A stretch of DNA of 63,535 bases from Actinomycetes bacterium (GTDB lineage: Bacteria; Actinomycetota; Actinomycetes; Actinomycetales; Microbacteriaceae): contig JAEYVF010000020.1 in NCBI GenBank assembly GCA_023432005.1, positions 1 to 63,535 on the forward strand, in the 5' to 3' direction. The notes beneath the pieces are model-generated. The model made no database searches, was not told the DNA's origin, and saw only the letters and a list, made by a program, of their open reading frames with translations. Of the stretch, positions 1-10,729 are shown one piece after another; positions within the stretch are counted from its first letter, which is position 1, and each line of letters starts with the position of its first letter. Position numbers and translations under genes: made by a program.

Positions 1-366
1 GCGCGGCAGTGGCCGAGCGAGCACCCGCTGCCCGTCGCGGCGCTCTTCGCGGCCGCCGCATCCGGGGACGCCGCGGCCGCCGCGGTGCGCGACAGGCTGC
101 TGCAGGGGGTCGCCGAGGCCGCGCGCCTGCTCGTGCTCACGGTCGACGTCGGCGACGTCGTGATCGGCGGCGGCATCAGCCGCGTCGGCGAGCCGCTCCT
201 CACGGGCGTGCGGTCGGTCATCGCCGATTGGGAGGCCTCGTCGTCGTTCGTGGCGTCGCTCGGCCTCGCGGGGCGTCTGCGGCTGCTGCCGCCCGACTTC
301 CCGGCCGCGGCCGTCGGCGCCGCCCTCGTGGGCGACCCCGAGGCGAGCACCCTGGAGGTGGTGTGA
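1..366 (+). CDS. ROK family sugar kinase/regulator, C-terminal part (5' truncated by window)
   Basis: VVIGGGISRVG and AAAVGAA ROK-like motifs; stop overlaps nagB start. Confidence 0.75.
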   Translation, partial: ARQWPSEHPLPVAALFAAAASGDAAAAAVRDRLLQGVAEAARLLVLTVDVGDVVIGGGISRVGEPLLTGVRSVIADWEASSSFVASLGLAGRLRLLPPDFPAAAVGAALVGDPEASTLEVV

Positions 367-1151
367 TGGCCGAGATCGTGATCCTGCCGGGAACCCCGGA
401 CGAGGCGCGCTCCGCCGCGGGCGAGCTCGCCGCGAGCCTCATCGAGCGCGTCGTGCGTGCGAAGCCGGATGCCGTGCTCGGCCTCGCGACGGGGTCGACG
501 CCGCTCCCCGTGTGGAGCGCGCTCGCGCGCCGCGACGTCGACTGGTCGCGCGTGCGCGGCTTCGCGCTCGACGAGTACGTGGGCCTCCCCACGGGGCATC
601 CCGAGAGCTACCGCGCGGTCATCACGCGCGAAGTCGTCGACACCCTCGGCCTCACGCCGTCGCTCGTCCACGTGCCTGGGGACGACGGCGGCCCGATCGA
701 GACCGCGGGCGTCCGCTACGAGGCCGCGATCGCCGCGGCCGGGGGTGTCGACATCCAGGTGCTCGGTATCGGACGCACGGGCCACATCGGCTTCAACGAG
801 CCGGGGTCGAGCTTCGCGTCGCGCACGCGCGTCAAGACCCTCACGGAGGCCACGCGCGCCGACAACGCCCGGTTCTTCGCCTCGCCCGAGGAGGTGCCGC
901 GCCATTGCCTCACCCAGGGCCTCGGCACGATCCTCGACGCGCGCGAGCTCGTGCTCCTGGCGTTCGGCGAGGCGAAGGCGGAGGCCGTGGCCGGGGCCGT
1001 CGAGGGCCCCGTGTCGGCGTCGCTGCCGGGCTCGGCGATCCAGCTGCACCCCGAGGTGACGGTCATCGTGGACGAGGCGGCGGCGTCGAAGCTGCGCTTC
1101 GCCGACTACTACCGCTACGCGTGGGACAACCGACCGGGGTGGGCCACCTAG
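366..1151 (+). CDS. nagB: glucosamine-6-phosphate deaminase
   Basis: VLGLATGSTP, FALDEYVGL, LGIGRTGHIGFNEPGS motifs; ATG at 366 overlapping the upstream TGA. Confidence 0.95.
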   Translation: MAEIVILPGTPDEARSAAGELAASLIERVVRAKPDAVLGLATGSTPLPVWSALARRDVDWSRVRGFALDEYVGLPTGHPESYRAVITREVVDTLGLTPSLVHVPGDDGGPIETAGVRYEAAIAAAGGVDIQVLGIGRTGHIGFNEPGSSFASRTRVKTLTEATRADNARFFASPEEVPRHCLTQGLGTILDARELVLLAFGEAKAEAVAGAVEGPVSASLPGSAIQLHPEVTVIVDEAAASKLRFADYYRYAWDNRPGWAT

Positions 1152-1600
1152 CTCGCGCGTCGCCAGCTGCGGGCCGCCGCGCGCAGCATGGCTCGCATGA
1201 CGAACGGGTGCGCGAGGCGCACGGGGACCATCGAGAGCCGTCCGCCCCTGCCATGCAGCCGCACGGTCGTCGTGACCCGCAGCATCCGCGTCGCCTCGTC
1301 GACGGCGACCGCGCAGCGGAAGTCGAGGTGGTCGTCGTCTGCGGCGATGAGCGCCTCGTCGTCGTCGACCTCGCGCACGCCGAAGACGTCGCGAGGCGCG
1401 GGACGGATGCCCCTCGCCGGCACGAGCGCCTGGCGCAGGGATAGGGCGACGAGCACCCACCGCGGCATATCGCGCGGGGAGAAGATGCGGCGTGCCCACG
1501 CGGCGGGGTCGACCGAGCCGTGCGCGTCGATCGGGACGATCACGGTGTGCACGTAATCGGGGCTGGGGATGTCTCGGAGAGCGAGCGACCAAGCGGTCAT
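1148..1600 (-). CDS. DUF2867-like protein
   Basis: DYVHT, DDHLDFR, TTTVRLH..GRL...VRLAHPFV pattern; start uncertain. Confidence 0.65.
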   Translation of the reverse strand: MTAWSLALRDIPSPDYVHTVIVPIDAHGSVDPAAWARRIFSPRDMPRWVLVALSLRQALVPARGIRPAPRDVFGVREVDDDEALIAADDDHLDFRCAVAVDEATRMLRVTTTVRLHGRGGRLSMVPVRLAHPFVMRAMLRAAARSWRRAS

Positions 1601-1630
1601 GGTGGTCACCTGATTTCGGGGGAGTGGATT

Positions 1631-1670
1631 CCATACGGGGGAGTACGGAGAACTATACGGTAGCGTATGG
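1631..1670. promoter_or_regulatory. two imperfect inverted repeats, probable TetR operators
   Basis: CCATAC-N6-GTACGG (1631-1648) and CTATAC-N6-GTATGG (1653-1670) between divergent genes, overlapping a TAGCGT -10. Confidence 0.6.
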
Positions 1671-1673
1671 AAC

Positions 1674-2222
1674 ATGGCAAGACCTTCTCGCACGGACCCG
1701 GATGCGTGGGTCGACGCCGCCTATGAGCGCTTCCGACACGAGGGGCTCGCCGGCGTGCGGGTCGAGGCCGTCGCGCGCGACCTCGGCGCCACGAAGGGCT
1801 CCTTCTACTGGCACTTCGCCGATCGCCGCGAGCTCGTCGACGCCGTCATGGCCCGCTGGGAGGTGCAGGAGACCGATCGCTACATCGCCGAGGTGGGCGT
1901 CGAGCTCGACCCGCGCCGCCGCATCGAGGCGCTCGTCGCCATGGTCGGTCAGCGTCGGCCGCCCGGCGAGGACCGCCTCTACATGGCGGCCGTCGCGGAG
2001 GGCGTGGGCGACGTGGTCGCACGCGTGACGCGCCGCCGCATCGACTTCATCGCCGACGCCCTCACGGAGCACGGGATCGAGCCGGGTGAGGCCGAGCGCC
2101 GGGCCCTCATCGCCGTCGGCATCGTGCTCGGCATCGAGCAGCTCGTGCAGGGCGGCGCCGCCGACGTGCTCCCGGTGCGCACCGACACGCAGGCGACCGT
2201 CATCGCCCTGCTGTTCAGCTGA
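1674..2222 (+). CDS. TetR/AcrR family regulator
   Basis: N-terminal HTH VEAVARDLGATKGSFYWHF. Confidence 0.92.
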   Translation: MARPSRTDPDAWVDAAYERFRHEGLAGVRVEAVARDLGATKGSFYWHFADRRELVDAVMARWEVQETDRYIAEVGVELDPRRRIEALVAMVGQRRPPGEDRLYMAAVAEGVGDVVARVTRRRIDFIADALTEHGIEPGEAERRALIAVGIVLGIEQLVQGGAADVLPVRTDTQATVIALLFS

Positions 2223-3348
2223 GGCGCGCGCCCGCAGCCCACACGCCCGTCACGCGGCCGTCCGCGTCGAGCGCCACGGCATCCGCGGCGTAGCCCGGCG
2301 CGAGGAGGCCGAGGCGGTCGCCGTAGCCGAGGGCGCGCGCGGGCACCGCGGTGACGGCCCCCACGGCATCCGGCCACGACAGCCCGACGACGTCGACCGC
2401 GCGGCGCAGCGCCGCGTCGAGCGTGAGCGTCGATCCGGCGATCGTCTGGGTGCCGGAGAGCATCGCGAGCCCCTCGCTCACGGTCACGTTGAGGGTGCCG
2501 AGGCGGTAGTCGCCGTCCGCGCTGCCCGCGGCCGCCATCGAGTCGGTGATGAGGGCGACACGCGCCGGCGCCTCGTCGAACACGAGAGCCACGACGGCGT
2601 CGTGGACGTGGTGACCGTCGAGGATCACCTCGAGCGTCACGCGCTCGTCGGAGAGCGCCGCGAGCACAGGGCCCGGCTCGCGGTGGTGGATGCCGTTCAT
2701 GGCGTTGAAGGCATGCGTCAGGAGGGTCGCGCCGCGGTCGAAGGCTCGCGCCGCCGTCTCGAAGTCGGCCTCGGTGTGACCCACCGCCACACGCACGCCC
2801 GCCGCGACGAGCGTGTCGATCGCGGCATCCGCGCCCGGCAGCTCAGGCGCGATCGTGATCTGACGGAGGGTGCCGTGTGCCGCCTCGATGAGCTGCTCGA
2901 CGTCGACGAGATCCGGTTCGCGCAGGTAGTCCTCGTGGTGCGCCCCCCGGCGGCCCGGCGCGAGGAACGGCCCCTCGAGGTGGGTGCCGAGCACGAGCGG
3001 GTCGGATGCCGCGAGCTCGGCCACCTCGACCAGGTTGGAGCGAAGCGCCGCGAGCGGGTTGGCGACGAGTGAGACGACCGAGCGCGTGACGCCGTGGGCG
3101 CGGTGGGTCGCGAGGGCGGCGGCGAGCTCCCCGCCGCCGTCGTCGTACGCGTGCCCGCCGCCTCCGTGGCCGTGGATGTCGACGAAACCGGGCGTGAGGC
3201 GCGCGCCCGCGAGGTCGACCCGCTCGTCGGCGCCCGGGGTCTCGCCCGCGCCGACGGCGGCGATCGCATCCCCGTCGAAGAGCACCCAGCCGTCGGCGGT
3301 CTCGCCGCGCTCGTCGGTGAGCAGCGCGTTGTGGAGGAGCAGCGTCAC
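2215..3348 (-). CDS. nagA: N-acetylglucosamine-6-phosphate deacetylase
   Basis: PGFVDIHGHG, HLEGPF, THAFNAM, LITDSM, IAGS motifs. Confidence 0.93.
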   Translation of the reverse strand: MTLLLHNALLTDERGETADGWVLFDGDAIAAVGAGETPGADERVDLAGARLTPGFVDIHGHGGGGHAYDDGGGELAAALATHRAHGVTRSVVSLVANPLAALRSNLVEVAELAASDPLVLGTHLEGPFLAPGRRGAHHEDYLREPDLVDVEQLIEAAHGTLRQITIAPELPGADAAIDTLVAAGVRVAVGHTEADFETAARAFDRGATLLTHAFNAMNGIHHREPGPVLAALSDERVTLEVILDGHHVHDAVVALVFDEAPARVALITDSMAAAGSADGDYRLGTLNVTVSEGLAMLSGTQTIAGSTLTLDAALRRAVDVVGLSWPDAVGAVTAVPARALGYGDRLGLLAPGYAADAVALDADGRVTGVWAAGARLS

Positions 3349-3427
3349 GAGACGAGCCTAGAGCCGCACCGAGGTGGTCGAGGAGCGCCGCCGGAGGCGA
3401 CGCGTCTCGAGGCCGCTCGACGCCCGC

Positions 3428-4285
3428 TCAGCGGAAGATGATGGTGCGCACCCCGTCGAGCAGCACGCGGTCCTCGGCGAACCACTTCACGGCCTGCGTG
3501 AGGGTGCGGCTCTCCTCGTCCTGGCCGATCGCCACGAGCTCCGCGGGCGTGCGGGTGTGATCGACCCGCACGATGTTCTGCTCGATGATGGGGCCCTCGT
3601 CGAGGTCGCTCGTGACGAAGTGGGCCGTCGCGCCGATGATCTTCACGCCGCGCGCGTGGGCCTGCTTGTAGGGGTTCGCGCCCTTGAAGCCCGGCAGGAA
3701 GGAGTGGTGGATGTTGATGACCCGGCCCGCGAGCGCCTCGCACAGCTCGGGCGAGAGGATCTGCATGTAGCGGGCGAGCACCACGAGCTCGATGTCGTGC
3801 TCCTCGACGACCTCGAGAACCCGCTGCTCGAAGGCGAGCTTCTGCCCAGGCGAGGTGACGGGGTGCGACTCGAAGGGCACCCCGTAGAACGACGCGAGCT
3901 CCCGGAGATCGGGGTGGTTCGACAGCACGAGCGGGATGTCGACGCCGAGCTGGCCGGCCCGCTGCCGGAAGAGGAGGTCGTTGAGGCAGTGGCCGGCCTT
4001 CGACACGAGGACGAGGGTGCGCAGCGGGCGCCCGACGACGTCGAGCTGCCACGCCATCCCGTACCGCTCGGTGACGGGCGCGAGCGCGGCCTCGAAGCGC
4101 GCGCGGCTCGCCGTCGACTCGACCTGGAGGCGCATGAAGAACGTGCCCGTGTCGTCGCTCGAGAACTGCTGCGACTCGGTGATGTTCCCCTCGGCCTCGA
4201 CGATCGCGCCGCTGATGGCGTGCACGATGCCGGGGCGGTCCTCGCACACGAGGGTCAGGATCCAGTGGGTGGTCTCGCGCGTCAC
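3428..4285 (-). CDS. purU: formyltetrahydrofolate deformylase
   Basis: N-terminal ACT domain, INIHHSFLPGFKGANPY, DLDEGPIIEQ. Confidence 0.96.
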   Translation of the reverse strand: MTRETTHWILTLVCEDRPGIVHAISGAIVEAEGNITESQQFSSDDTGTFFMRLQVESTASRARFEAALAPVTERYGMAWQLDVVGRPLRTLVLVSKAGHCLNDLLFRQRAGQLGVDIPLVLSNHPDLRELASFYGVPFESHPVTSPGQKLAFEQRVLEVVEEHDIELVVLARYMQILSPELCEALAGRVINIHHSFLPGFKGANPYKQAHARGVKIIGATAHFVTSDLDEGPIIEQNIVRVDHTRTPAELVAIGQDEESRTLTQAVKWFAEDRVLLDGVRTIIFR

Positions 4286-4329
4286 GGGATTCAGCGTAGG
4301 GCGTCGCCGCGGACGCCTAGGCTCGACAG

Positions 4330-5517
4330 GTGAGTTCGAGCACGACCGGTTTCCCCTACCTCCGCCTCCTCGTGCTGACGGGCGCCATCTTCGCGTCCGT
4401 GTCGAGCGAGTTCCTGCCCACGGGCCTGCTCCCCGAGATGGCCGCCGACCTGCAGGTGTCGGAGTCGCAGATCGGCCTGCTCGTCACGGTCTTCGCGGCG
4501 ACGGTCGTCGTCTCGACGGCGCCGCTCACCGTGCTCACGCGCCGGTACTCGCGCAAGTGGCTCATGGTGCTGCTGCTCGGCATCTTCGCCCTCACCAACG
4601 TGCTGTGCGCGATCGCGCCCGCCTACTGGTTCCTCGTCGGCGCGCGCGTCCTCGGCGGACTCGCGCACGGCCTCTTCTGGGCCGTCACGGGCCCCTACGC
4701 CGCCCTCCTGGTGCCGCGTCACCAGCTCGCGCGCGCGATCTCGATCACGAACGCGGGTGGCACGCTGGCCTTCATCCTGGGCGTGCCGCTCGGCACCTTC
4801 CTGGGGCATGCTCTCGGATGGCGACTCGCGTTCGCGGCGATGGCCGCGGTCGTCGTCGTCTTCATGGTCTTCGTGATCGTCTACCTGCCGCCCGTCTCGC
4901 ACCTCGTGCAGCTCTCGACGGCCGAGATCGCGATCCCCACGCGCAAGGACCGCTCGCTGCCCGCCGTCGTCATCGTCTGCATCACGGTCGTGCTCGTCAT
5001 CACGGGCCACAACATCTTCTACACCTACATCGCGCCGTGGTCGATCCAGGTGGGCGGCGTCGACGAGGCGGGCGTGAGCGGCCTGCTCTTCGCCTACGGC
5101 GCTGCCGGCGCGATCGGCCTCGCGCTCGGCGGCGCCTTCGGCGACCGCTTCCCGCGCGGCGCCGTCAACGTCGCGCTCGCGGGCGTCGCGCTCAGCATCC
5201 TCGCGCTCGCGGCCTTCGGCACGTCCGCCGTGCCGATCGTCATCGGCATGGTGATCTGGAGCATCTTCTTCGGCGGCGTCCCGGCGCTCATGCACTCGCG
5301 TGTGCTGCACTCGGCGTCCGAGCGCATCCGCGACCTCGCGGCGGCGTGGCTCACGACGGCGTTCAACCTCGCGATCGGCGGCGGCGCGCTCATCGGGGGC
5401 TTCCTGCTCGACGGCTTCGGCATCCGCGTGCTGCCGTGGATCGCGGCGGCCGTCATCGCGGGCGGGCTCGCGTTCGTCGTCGCGACGGATCGCGCGCGTA
5501 TGGCGGCCCACCGCTGA
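4330..5517 (+). CDS. MFS transporter (DHA1/AraJ-like)
   Basis: About 12 hydrophobic segments; SEFLPTGLLP motif. Confidence 0.88.
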   Translation: MSSSTTGFPYLRLLVLTGAIFASVSSEFLPTGLLPEMAADLQVSESQIGLLVTVFAATVVVSTAPLTVLTRRYSRKWLMVLLLGIFALTNVLCAIAPAYWFLVGARVLGGLAHGLFWAVTGPYAALLVPRHQLARAISITNAGGTLAFILGVPLGTFLGHALGWRLAFAAMAAVVVVFMVFVIVYLPPVSHLVQLSTAEIAIPTRKDRSLPAVVIVCITVVLVITGHNIFYTYIAPWSIQVGGVDEAGVSGLLFAYGAAGAIGLALGGAFGDRFPRGAVNVALAGVALSILALAAFGTSAVPIVIGMVIWSIFFGGVPALMHSRVLHSASERIRDLAAAWLTTAFNLAIGGGALIGGFLLDGFGIRVLPWIAAAVIAGGLAFVVATDRARMAAHR

Positions 5518-5533
5518 GGCGCACGTGCCCGGC

Positions 5534-7099
5534 TCAGGGCCAGGGCACGCCGGCGGGGCGCAGGTAGCGCACGCCCTCGGCGTCCCACCGTGAGGCGAGG
5601 CGGATGAGGCGCGGCACGAAGTCGTCGTAATCGCGCGCTGTCTGCGCCGTCCAGGCGACCTCGGCCATCGCGGCGAGGCGCGGCATCGCCATCTCCTCCA
5701 CCTCGTCCATCGTGCGGAAGGTCTCGGTCCACAGCGGCGCCTCGACGCCCAGGATGTCGGCCTCGCCCACGCCGGGGAGCACGGTCGCCGGATCCCACGC
5801 GTAGGCGTCCTGGATCGAGGTGAAGCCGTCGGCCCACGTGAGGCCCCGGGGCGTGAGGAAGTCGTACTTCATGTCGAGGTAGGCGACGTCGGCGGGCGAC
5901 ATGATGAGCCGGCCGCCCTGCTCGACGATCGAGCGCGCCTCGGCGAGGTCGGCCTCCGGCGGCTCCACGTATTCCCAGTACTGCCCGACGGTTCCCGCGG
6001 GGAGGCCGTCCGACTGGCCGAGCTGGTGCCATCCGATGACCGTCTTGCCGGTGCCGGCCGCGATCTCGGCCGCGCGCGTCACGAAGGAGCGGTAGTCGTC
6101 GGGGGCGGTCGCGTGCGACTCGTCGCCGCCGAGGTGCAGGTAGGGGCCGGGCGTGAGCTCGGCGAGCTCGGCGAGCACGTCCTCCACGAAGGCGTACGTG
6201 GCCTCCGAGCGGGTGTCGAGGCTCGAGAAGCCCACCTCGATGCCCGTGTACGGCTTCGCGACCTCGCCGTCGGGGTTGAGCTCGGCGAGCGACGCGAGGG
6301 CCGCGTTCGTGTGCCCGGGCATGTCGATCTCGGGCACGACCGTGATGAACCGCTCCGCCGCGTCCGCCACGATGCGGCGGTAGTCGTCCTGCGTGTAGAA
6401 GCCCCCGGGGTCGCTGTCGACCGCGTATCGCCCGCCGATCTCGGTGAGCTCCGGGTGGGCTTCGATCGCGATGCGCCAGCCCTGGTCGTCGGTGAGATGC
6501 AGGTGCAGCACGTTGACCTTGAGCGACGCGAGCCGATCGAGGTAGCGCTCGACATCGTCGACCGAGAAGAAGTGGCGCGCCACGTCGAGCATCGCGCCGC
6601 GGTATCCGAAGCGCGGGGCGTCGTGGATCGCGACCGCGGGGAGCTCGCCGTCGGCACCCGGCGCGGGCAGCTGCAGGAGCGACTGCACGGCCCAGAACGC
6701 GCCCGCGGCGTCGCCGGCAGCGACGCGGATGCCCGTCGCGCTCACGTCGATGCGGTGCTCCTCGGGCCCGAGCGCGGCGTCGAGGGAGAAGCGGATGCGG
6801 GCATCGTCGCCGCCCGTCGGCAGCGCGATGCCGGTGCGCTCGGCGACCGCGGCGGCGTACGCGGCGACCACGGGCTCGAGGGACGCATCGTCGGCGGCGA
6901 TGCCCGCGGCATCCGCGAGCACGAAGGGGGCGCCGCCCCGCACCTCGAGGTCGAGCGGGGCGGGCACGATCGAGGGCGCGTCGAGAGCGGATGCGTGCCG
7001 CGACAGGCCACCGGACGTCGCGCTCAGCGTCACCACCACCAGACCGGCCGCCGCGAGCAGCGCGACCACCGCGAGGCCGATCGTGGTCGCGGGGCGCAC
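5534..7099 (-). CDS. beta-N-acetylhexosaminidase, GH20, secreted or membrane-anchored
   Basis: DAPRFGYRGAMLDVARHF, HLHLTDDQGWR, PEIDMPGH, HLGGDE; N-terminal hydrophobic segment. Confidence 0.93.
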   Translation of the reverse strand: MRPATTIGLAVVALLAAAGLVVVTLSATSGGLSRHASALDAPSIVPAPLDLEVRGGAPFVLADAAGIAADDASLEPVVAAYAAAVAERTGIALPTGGDDARIRFSLDAALGPEEHRIDVSATGIRVAAGDAAGAFWAVQSLLQLPAPGADGELPAVAIHDAPRFGYRGAMLDVARHFFSVDDVERYLDRLASLKVNVLHLHLTDDQGWRIAIEAHPELTEIGGRYAVDSDPGGFYTQDDYRRIVADAAERFITVVPEIDMPGHTNAALASLAELNPDGEVAKPYTGIEVGFSSLDTRSEATYAFVEDVLAELAELTPGPYLHLGGDESHATAPDDYRSFVTRAAEIAAGTGKTVIGWHQLGQSDGLPAGTVGQYWEYVEPPEADLAEARSIVEQGGRLIMSPADVAYLDMKYDFLTPRGLTWADGFTSIQDAYAWDPATVLPGVGEADILGVEAPLWTETFRTMDEVEEMAMPRLAAMAEVAWTAQTARDYDDFVPRLIRLASRWDAEGVRYLRPAGVPWP

Positions 7100-7117
7100 A
7101 TCCGGTAGTCTGGCACC

Positions 7118-7195
7118 TGTCGCGACTGGCGTTCGGATGGGTCACCATCGGGGAGCGACGCACACGTGAACGGCGGCCGTACGCCTGGGCCGCCC
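7118..7195 (+). ncRNA. ZMP/ZTP riboswitch (pfl motif)
   Basis: GTCGCGACTGGCG...GATGGGTCACCATCGGGGAGCGAC and 3' GCCGTACGCCTGGGC fit the ZTP consensus; upstream of glyA; -10 TAGTCT at 7106-7111. Confidence 0.9.
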
Positions 7196-7238
7196 CCAGC
7201 GATGACCGGGTAGTTTTTACGTGACGTGAGGAGCGCCA

Positions 7239-8531
7239 GTGTCTGCCGAATCCACCTTCCTTCAGCCTCTCTCCGAGGTCGACCCCGAGGTCGCCGCCGC
7301 TCTCGAGGCCGAGCTCGGCCGCCAGCGGTCGACGCTCGAGATGATCGCCTCCGAGAACTTCGTGCCGCGTGCCGTGCTCGAGGCGCAGGGCTCCGTGCTC
7401 ACCAACAAGTACGCCGAGGGCTACCCCGGTCGTCGTTACTACGGCGGGTGCGAGTTCGTCGACGTCGTCGAGACCCTCGCGATCGAGCGCGCGAAGGCGC
7501 TCTTCGGCGCGGCGTACGCGAACGTGCAGCCGCACTCGGGCGCCTCCGCCAACGCCGCCGTGCTCTCCGCGATCGCGCAGCCGGGTGACCGCATCCTGGG
7601 CCTCGAGCTCGCGCACGGCGGTCACCTCACCCACGGCATGAAGCTCAACTTCTCGGGCAAGCTCTACGAGGCCCACTCCTACAAGGTCGACCCCGAGAGC
7701 TATCGCGTCGACATGGACGAGGTGCGCCGCGCGGCCCTCGAGGTGCAGCCGCAGGTCATCATCGCGGGCTGGTCGGCCTACCCGCGTCAGCTCGACTTCG
7801 CCGCGTTCCGCGCGATCGCCGACGAGGTCGGCGCGAAGCTGTGGGTCGACATGGCGCACTTCGCGGGCCTCGTCGCCGCGGGGCTGCACCCCTCGCCCGT
7901 GCCGCACGCGCACGTCGTGAGCTCGACCGTGCACAAGACGATCGGCGGCCCGCGCTCGGGCTTCATCCTCACGAACGACGAGGACGTCGCCAAGAAGATC
8001 AACTCGAACGTGTTCCCGGGCCAGCAGGGAGGCCCGCTCATGCACGTCATCGCCGCGAAGGCGACGGCGTTCAAGCTCGCCGGCACCCCGGAGTTCCGCG
8101 ACCGTCAGGAGCGCACGGTGCGGGGGGCCGCGATCCTCGCCGAGCGCCTCACCCAGCCGGATGCGACGGCCGCGGGCATCGACGTCCTGACGGGCGGAAC
8201 CGACGTGCACCTCGTGCTCGTCGACCTGCGTACCTCGGAGTTCAGCGGCAAGGAGGCGGAGGACCGCCTGCACGAGGTCGGCATCACCGTCAACAAGAAC
8301 TCGGTGCCGAACGACCCGCGCCCGCCCATGGTGACCTCGGGTGTGCGGATCGGCACCCCGGCGCTCGCGACGCGCGGCTTCGGCGACGAGGAGTTCCGCG
8401 AGGTGGCCGACGTCATCGCGCTCGCCCTGCAGCCGGATGCCGACATCCCCGCCCTGCGCGCGCGCGTCGCGACGCTCGCCGACGGGTTCCCCCTCTACGA
8501 GGGCCTCACGTCCCCCGCCCGCTGGGCGTGA
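7239..8531 (+). CDS. glyA: serine hydroxymethyltransferase
   Basis: [35 protein letters not shown]. Confidence 0.97.
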   Translation: MSAESTFLQPLSEVDPEVAAALEAELGRQRSTLEMIASENFVPRAVLEAQGSVLTNKYAEGYPGRRYYGGCEFVDVVETLAIERAKALFGAAYANVQPHSGASANAAVLSAIAQPGDRILGLELAHGGHLTHGMKLNFSGKLYEAHSYKVDPESYRVDMDEVRRAALEVQPQVIIAGWSAYPRQLDFAAFRAIADEVGAKLWVDMAHFAGLVAAGLHPSPVPHAHVVSSTVHKTIGGPRSGFILTNDEDVAKKINSNVFPGQQGGPLMHVIAAKATAFKLAGTPEFRDRQERTVRGAAILAERLTQPDATAAGIDVLTGGTDVHLVLVDLRTSEFSGKEAEDRLHEVGITVNKNSVPNDPRPPMVTSGVRIGTPALATRGFGDEEFREVADVIALALQPDADIPALRARVATLADGFPLYEGLTSPARWA

Positions 8532-8545
8532 CCCGCGTGGGGCCC

Positions 8546-8601
8546 GAGGTGTCACTTCCTGTCGCCTCGCACCCCCGATAGTCGACAGAAAGTGACACCT
8601 C
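8546..8601. repeat. REP-like long-loop palindrome, copy 1
   Basis: GAGGTGTCACTTCCTGTCG...CGACAGAAAGTGACACCTC, 19-bp arms with 1 mismatch; related copies at 36695 and 36779. Confidence 0.8.
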
Positions 8602-8602
8602 A

Positions 8603-9484
8603 GTGACCGCACAGGTTCTCGACGGGATCGCGACCGCCGCCGCGATCAAGAACGAGCTGAAGGAGCGGGTCGCGGCGCTCGGTGAGCGCGGGATCGTGCC
8701 GGGGCTCGGGACGCTCCTCGTGGGCGCGGACCCCGGCTCGGTGAGCTACGTCACGGGCAAGCACCGCGACTCGGCCGAGGTCGGCATCCGCTCGATCCGC
8801 GAGGAGCTGCCCGCCGACGCGACGGATGCCGACATCCGTGCCGCTATCGACCGCCTCAACACGAACCCCGAGGTCACGGGCTACATCGTGCAGCTGCCGC
8901 TGCCGCCGGGCATCGACGAGAACGCGATGCTCGAGCTCATCGACCCCGACAAGGACGCCGACGGCCTGCACCCCACGAACCTCGGCCGCCTCGTGCTCGG
9001 CGTCGACGGCGAGCTGCACTCGCCTCTGCCCTGCACCCCGGCGGGCGTCGTCGAGCTGCTGCGTCGCCACGATGTGCCGATCTCCGGCAAGCACGTGACG
9101 ATCATCGGCCGCGGCCTCACGGTGGGGCGCCCGCTCGGGCTCGTGTTCACCCGCAAGGGCGTCGACGCGACCGTCACGCTCACCCACTCGCGCACGGCCG
9201 ACATCGCGTCGGAGGTCGCGCGAGCGGACATCGTGGTCGCCGCCGTCGGCGTGCCCCACTTCGTGAAGCCCGAGTGGGTGAAGCCGGGCGCCGCCGTGCT
9301 CGATGTCGGCGTGACGCGCGTCGGCACGACCGAGTCGGGTCGCGCGAGGCTCGCGGGCGACGTACACCCCGAGGTCGCTGAGGTCGCGGGCTGGCTCTCG
9401 CCCAACCCCGGAGGGGTGGGGCCGATGACGCGCGCGATGCTCATCGCCAACGTCGTGGAGGCCGCGGAGCGCGCGATCCGCTAG
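8603..9484 (+). CDS. folD: bifunctional methylene-THF dehydrogenase/cyclohydrolase
   Basis: [28 protein letters not shown]. Confidence 0.96.
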   Translation: MTAQVLDGIATAAAIKNELKERVAALGERGIVPGLGTLLVGADPGSVSYVTGKHRDSAEVGIRSIREELPADATDADIRAAIDRLNTNPEVTGYIVQLPLPPGIDENAMLELIDPDKDADGLHPTNLGRLVLGVDGELHSPLPCTPAGVVELLRRHDVPISGKHVTIIGRGLTVGRPLGLVFTRKGVDATVTLTHSRTADIASEVARADIVVAAVGVPHFVKPEWVKPGAAVLDVGVTRVGTTESGRARLAGDVHPEVAEVAGWLSPNPGGVGPMTRAMLIANVVEAAERAIR

Positions 9485-10722
9485 GAGCTCCCCGAGCCGA
9501 GCGCCGCAACCTTCTCCAACAGCACCCGTCGCTCGCGCTCGTTCGCGGCGAGACCGGCCGCGACGGCGAGCTCGCTGCGCGCCTCCTCGGTGCGCCCGAG
9601 ACGCGCGAGCAGCTCGCCGCGCACGCTCGGCAGCAGGTGCGAGCCGCGCAGGGCGCCGTCGGCGGCGAGCCCGTCGACGATCGCGAGCGCCGTCGCGGGA
9701 CCCGTCGCCATCGCGACCGCGACCGCGCGGTTGAGCTCGACGACGGGGCTCGGGGCGACGCGGCCGAGCGCCTCGTAGAGCACGACGATGTGCTCCCAGT
9801 CCGTCGTCTCGACGCTCGACGCGACCGCGTGGCACTCCGCGATCGCGGCCTGCAGCGCGTAGGGCCCGCGCCCGCGCCCGAGGGCGTCGCACCGGGCGAG
9901 CGCCTCGCGCCCCCGCCGGATCTGGGCGCGGTCCCAGCGCCCGCGATCCTGGTCGGTGAGCAGCACGGGGGCGCCCGACGCATCCGTGCGCGCCGCGAAG
10001 CGCGAGCGCTGGAACTCGAGCAGTGCGACGAGCCCGTGCACCTCGGGCTCCCGGGGCAGCAGTGCGGCGAGCACGCGCGCGAGACGCAGCGCCTCGTCGG
10101 CGAGTTCGGGCCGCATCCACCGCTCGCCCGACGTCGCCGCGTAGCCCTCGGTGAACATGAGGTACACGACGCCGAGCACTGCGCCGAGCCGCTCCGGCCA
10201 TTCGCGGGGCTCGGGCAGCTCGAACGGCACGGATGCCGCGCGCAGCGTCTTCTTGGCCCGCACGATGCGCTGCTGCACGGTCGCGACGGGCACGAGGAAG
10301 AGCCGCGCGATCTCCTCCGTCGTGAGGCCGCCCACGACGCGCAGCGTGAGCGCGAGCTGCGCCTCGCGTGCGAGCACCGGGTGGCAGGCGGTGAAGACGA
10401 GCCGGAGCACGTCGTCGGGGATCGGCTCCCACGCGTCGTCGACGCCCTCCTCGAGCTCGTTCGCGAGCAGTCGGTAGCGCTCGGTGAGCTTCTCCCGTCG
10501 GCGCCAGGAGTCGATCGCCCGGCGCTTGCCCACGCTCGTGAGCCACGCGCCCGGGTTCTGGGGCACCCCGGATGCCGCCCAGCTCGCCAGGGCCTCGGCG
10601 ACCGCCTCCTGGGCGAGGTCCTCCGCCTCGCCCAGGTCGCCTGTGTACCGGGCGAGGGTCGCCACGACCCGCGCACCGTCGATGCGCCACACGGCCTCGA
10701 CGGTGCGCCGGATGTCGTTCAC
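9481..10722 (-). CDS. ECF sigma factor with long helical/TPR-like C-terminal extension (ECF42-like)
   Basis: [43 protein letters not shown]; downstream of a YciI gene. Confidence 0.88.
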   Translation of the reverse strand: MNDIRRTVEAVWRIDGARVVATLARYTGDLGEAEDLAQEAVAEALASWAASGVPQNPGAWLTSVGKRRAIDSWRRREKLTERYRLLANELEEGVDDAWEPIPDDVLRLVFTACHPVLAREAQLALTLRVVGGLTTEEIARLFLVPVATVQQRIVRAKKTLRAASVPFELPEPREWPERLGAVLGVVYLMFTEGYAATSGERWMRPELADEALRLARVLAALLPREPEVHGLVALLEFQRSRFAARTDASGAPVLLTDQDRGRWDRAQIRRGREALARCDALGRGRGPYALQAAIAECHAVASSVETTDWEHIVVLYEALGRVAPSPVVELNRAVAVAMATGPATALAIVDGLAADGALRGSHLLPSVRGELLARLGRTEEARSELAVAAGLAANERERRVLLEKVAALGSGSS

Positions 10723-10729
10723 GGCCGGC

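Noticed and set aside
5094..8612. Very long alternative-frame and antisense ORFs (e.g. 1172 aa here, 828 aa at 34454-36940, 775 aa at 55572-57899)
   Set aside because: Arg/Ala/Gly-rich shadow frames of real genes in high-GC DNA with few stop codons; no recognisable domains.
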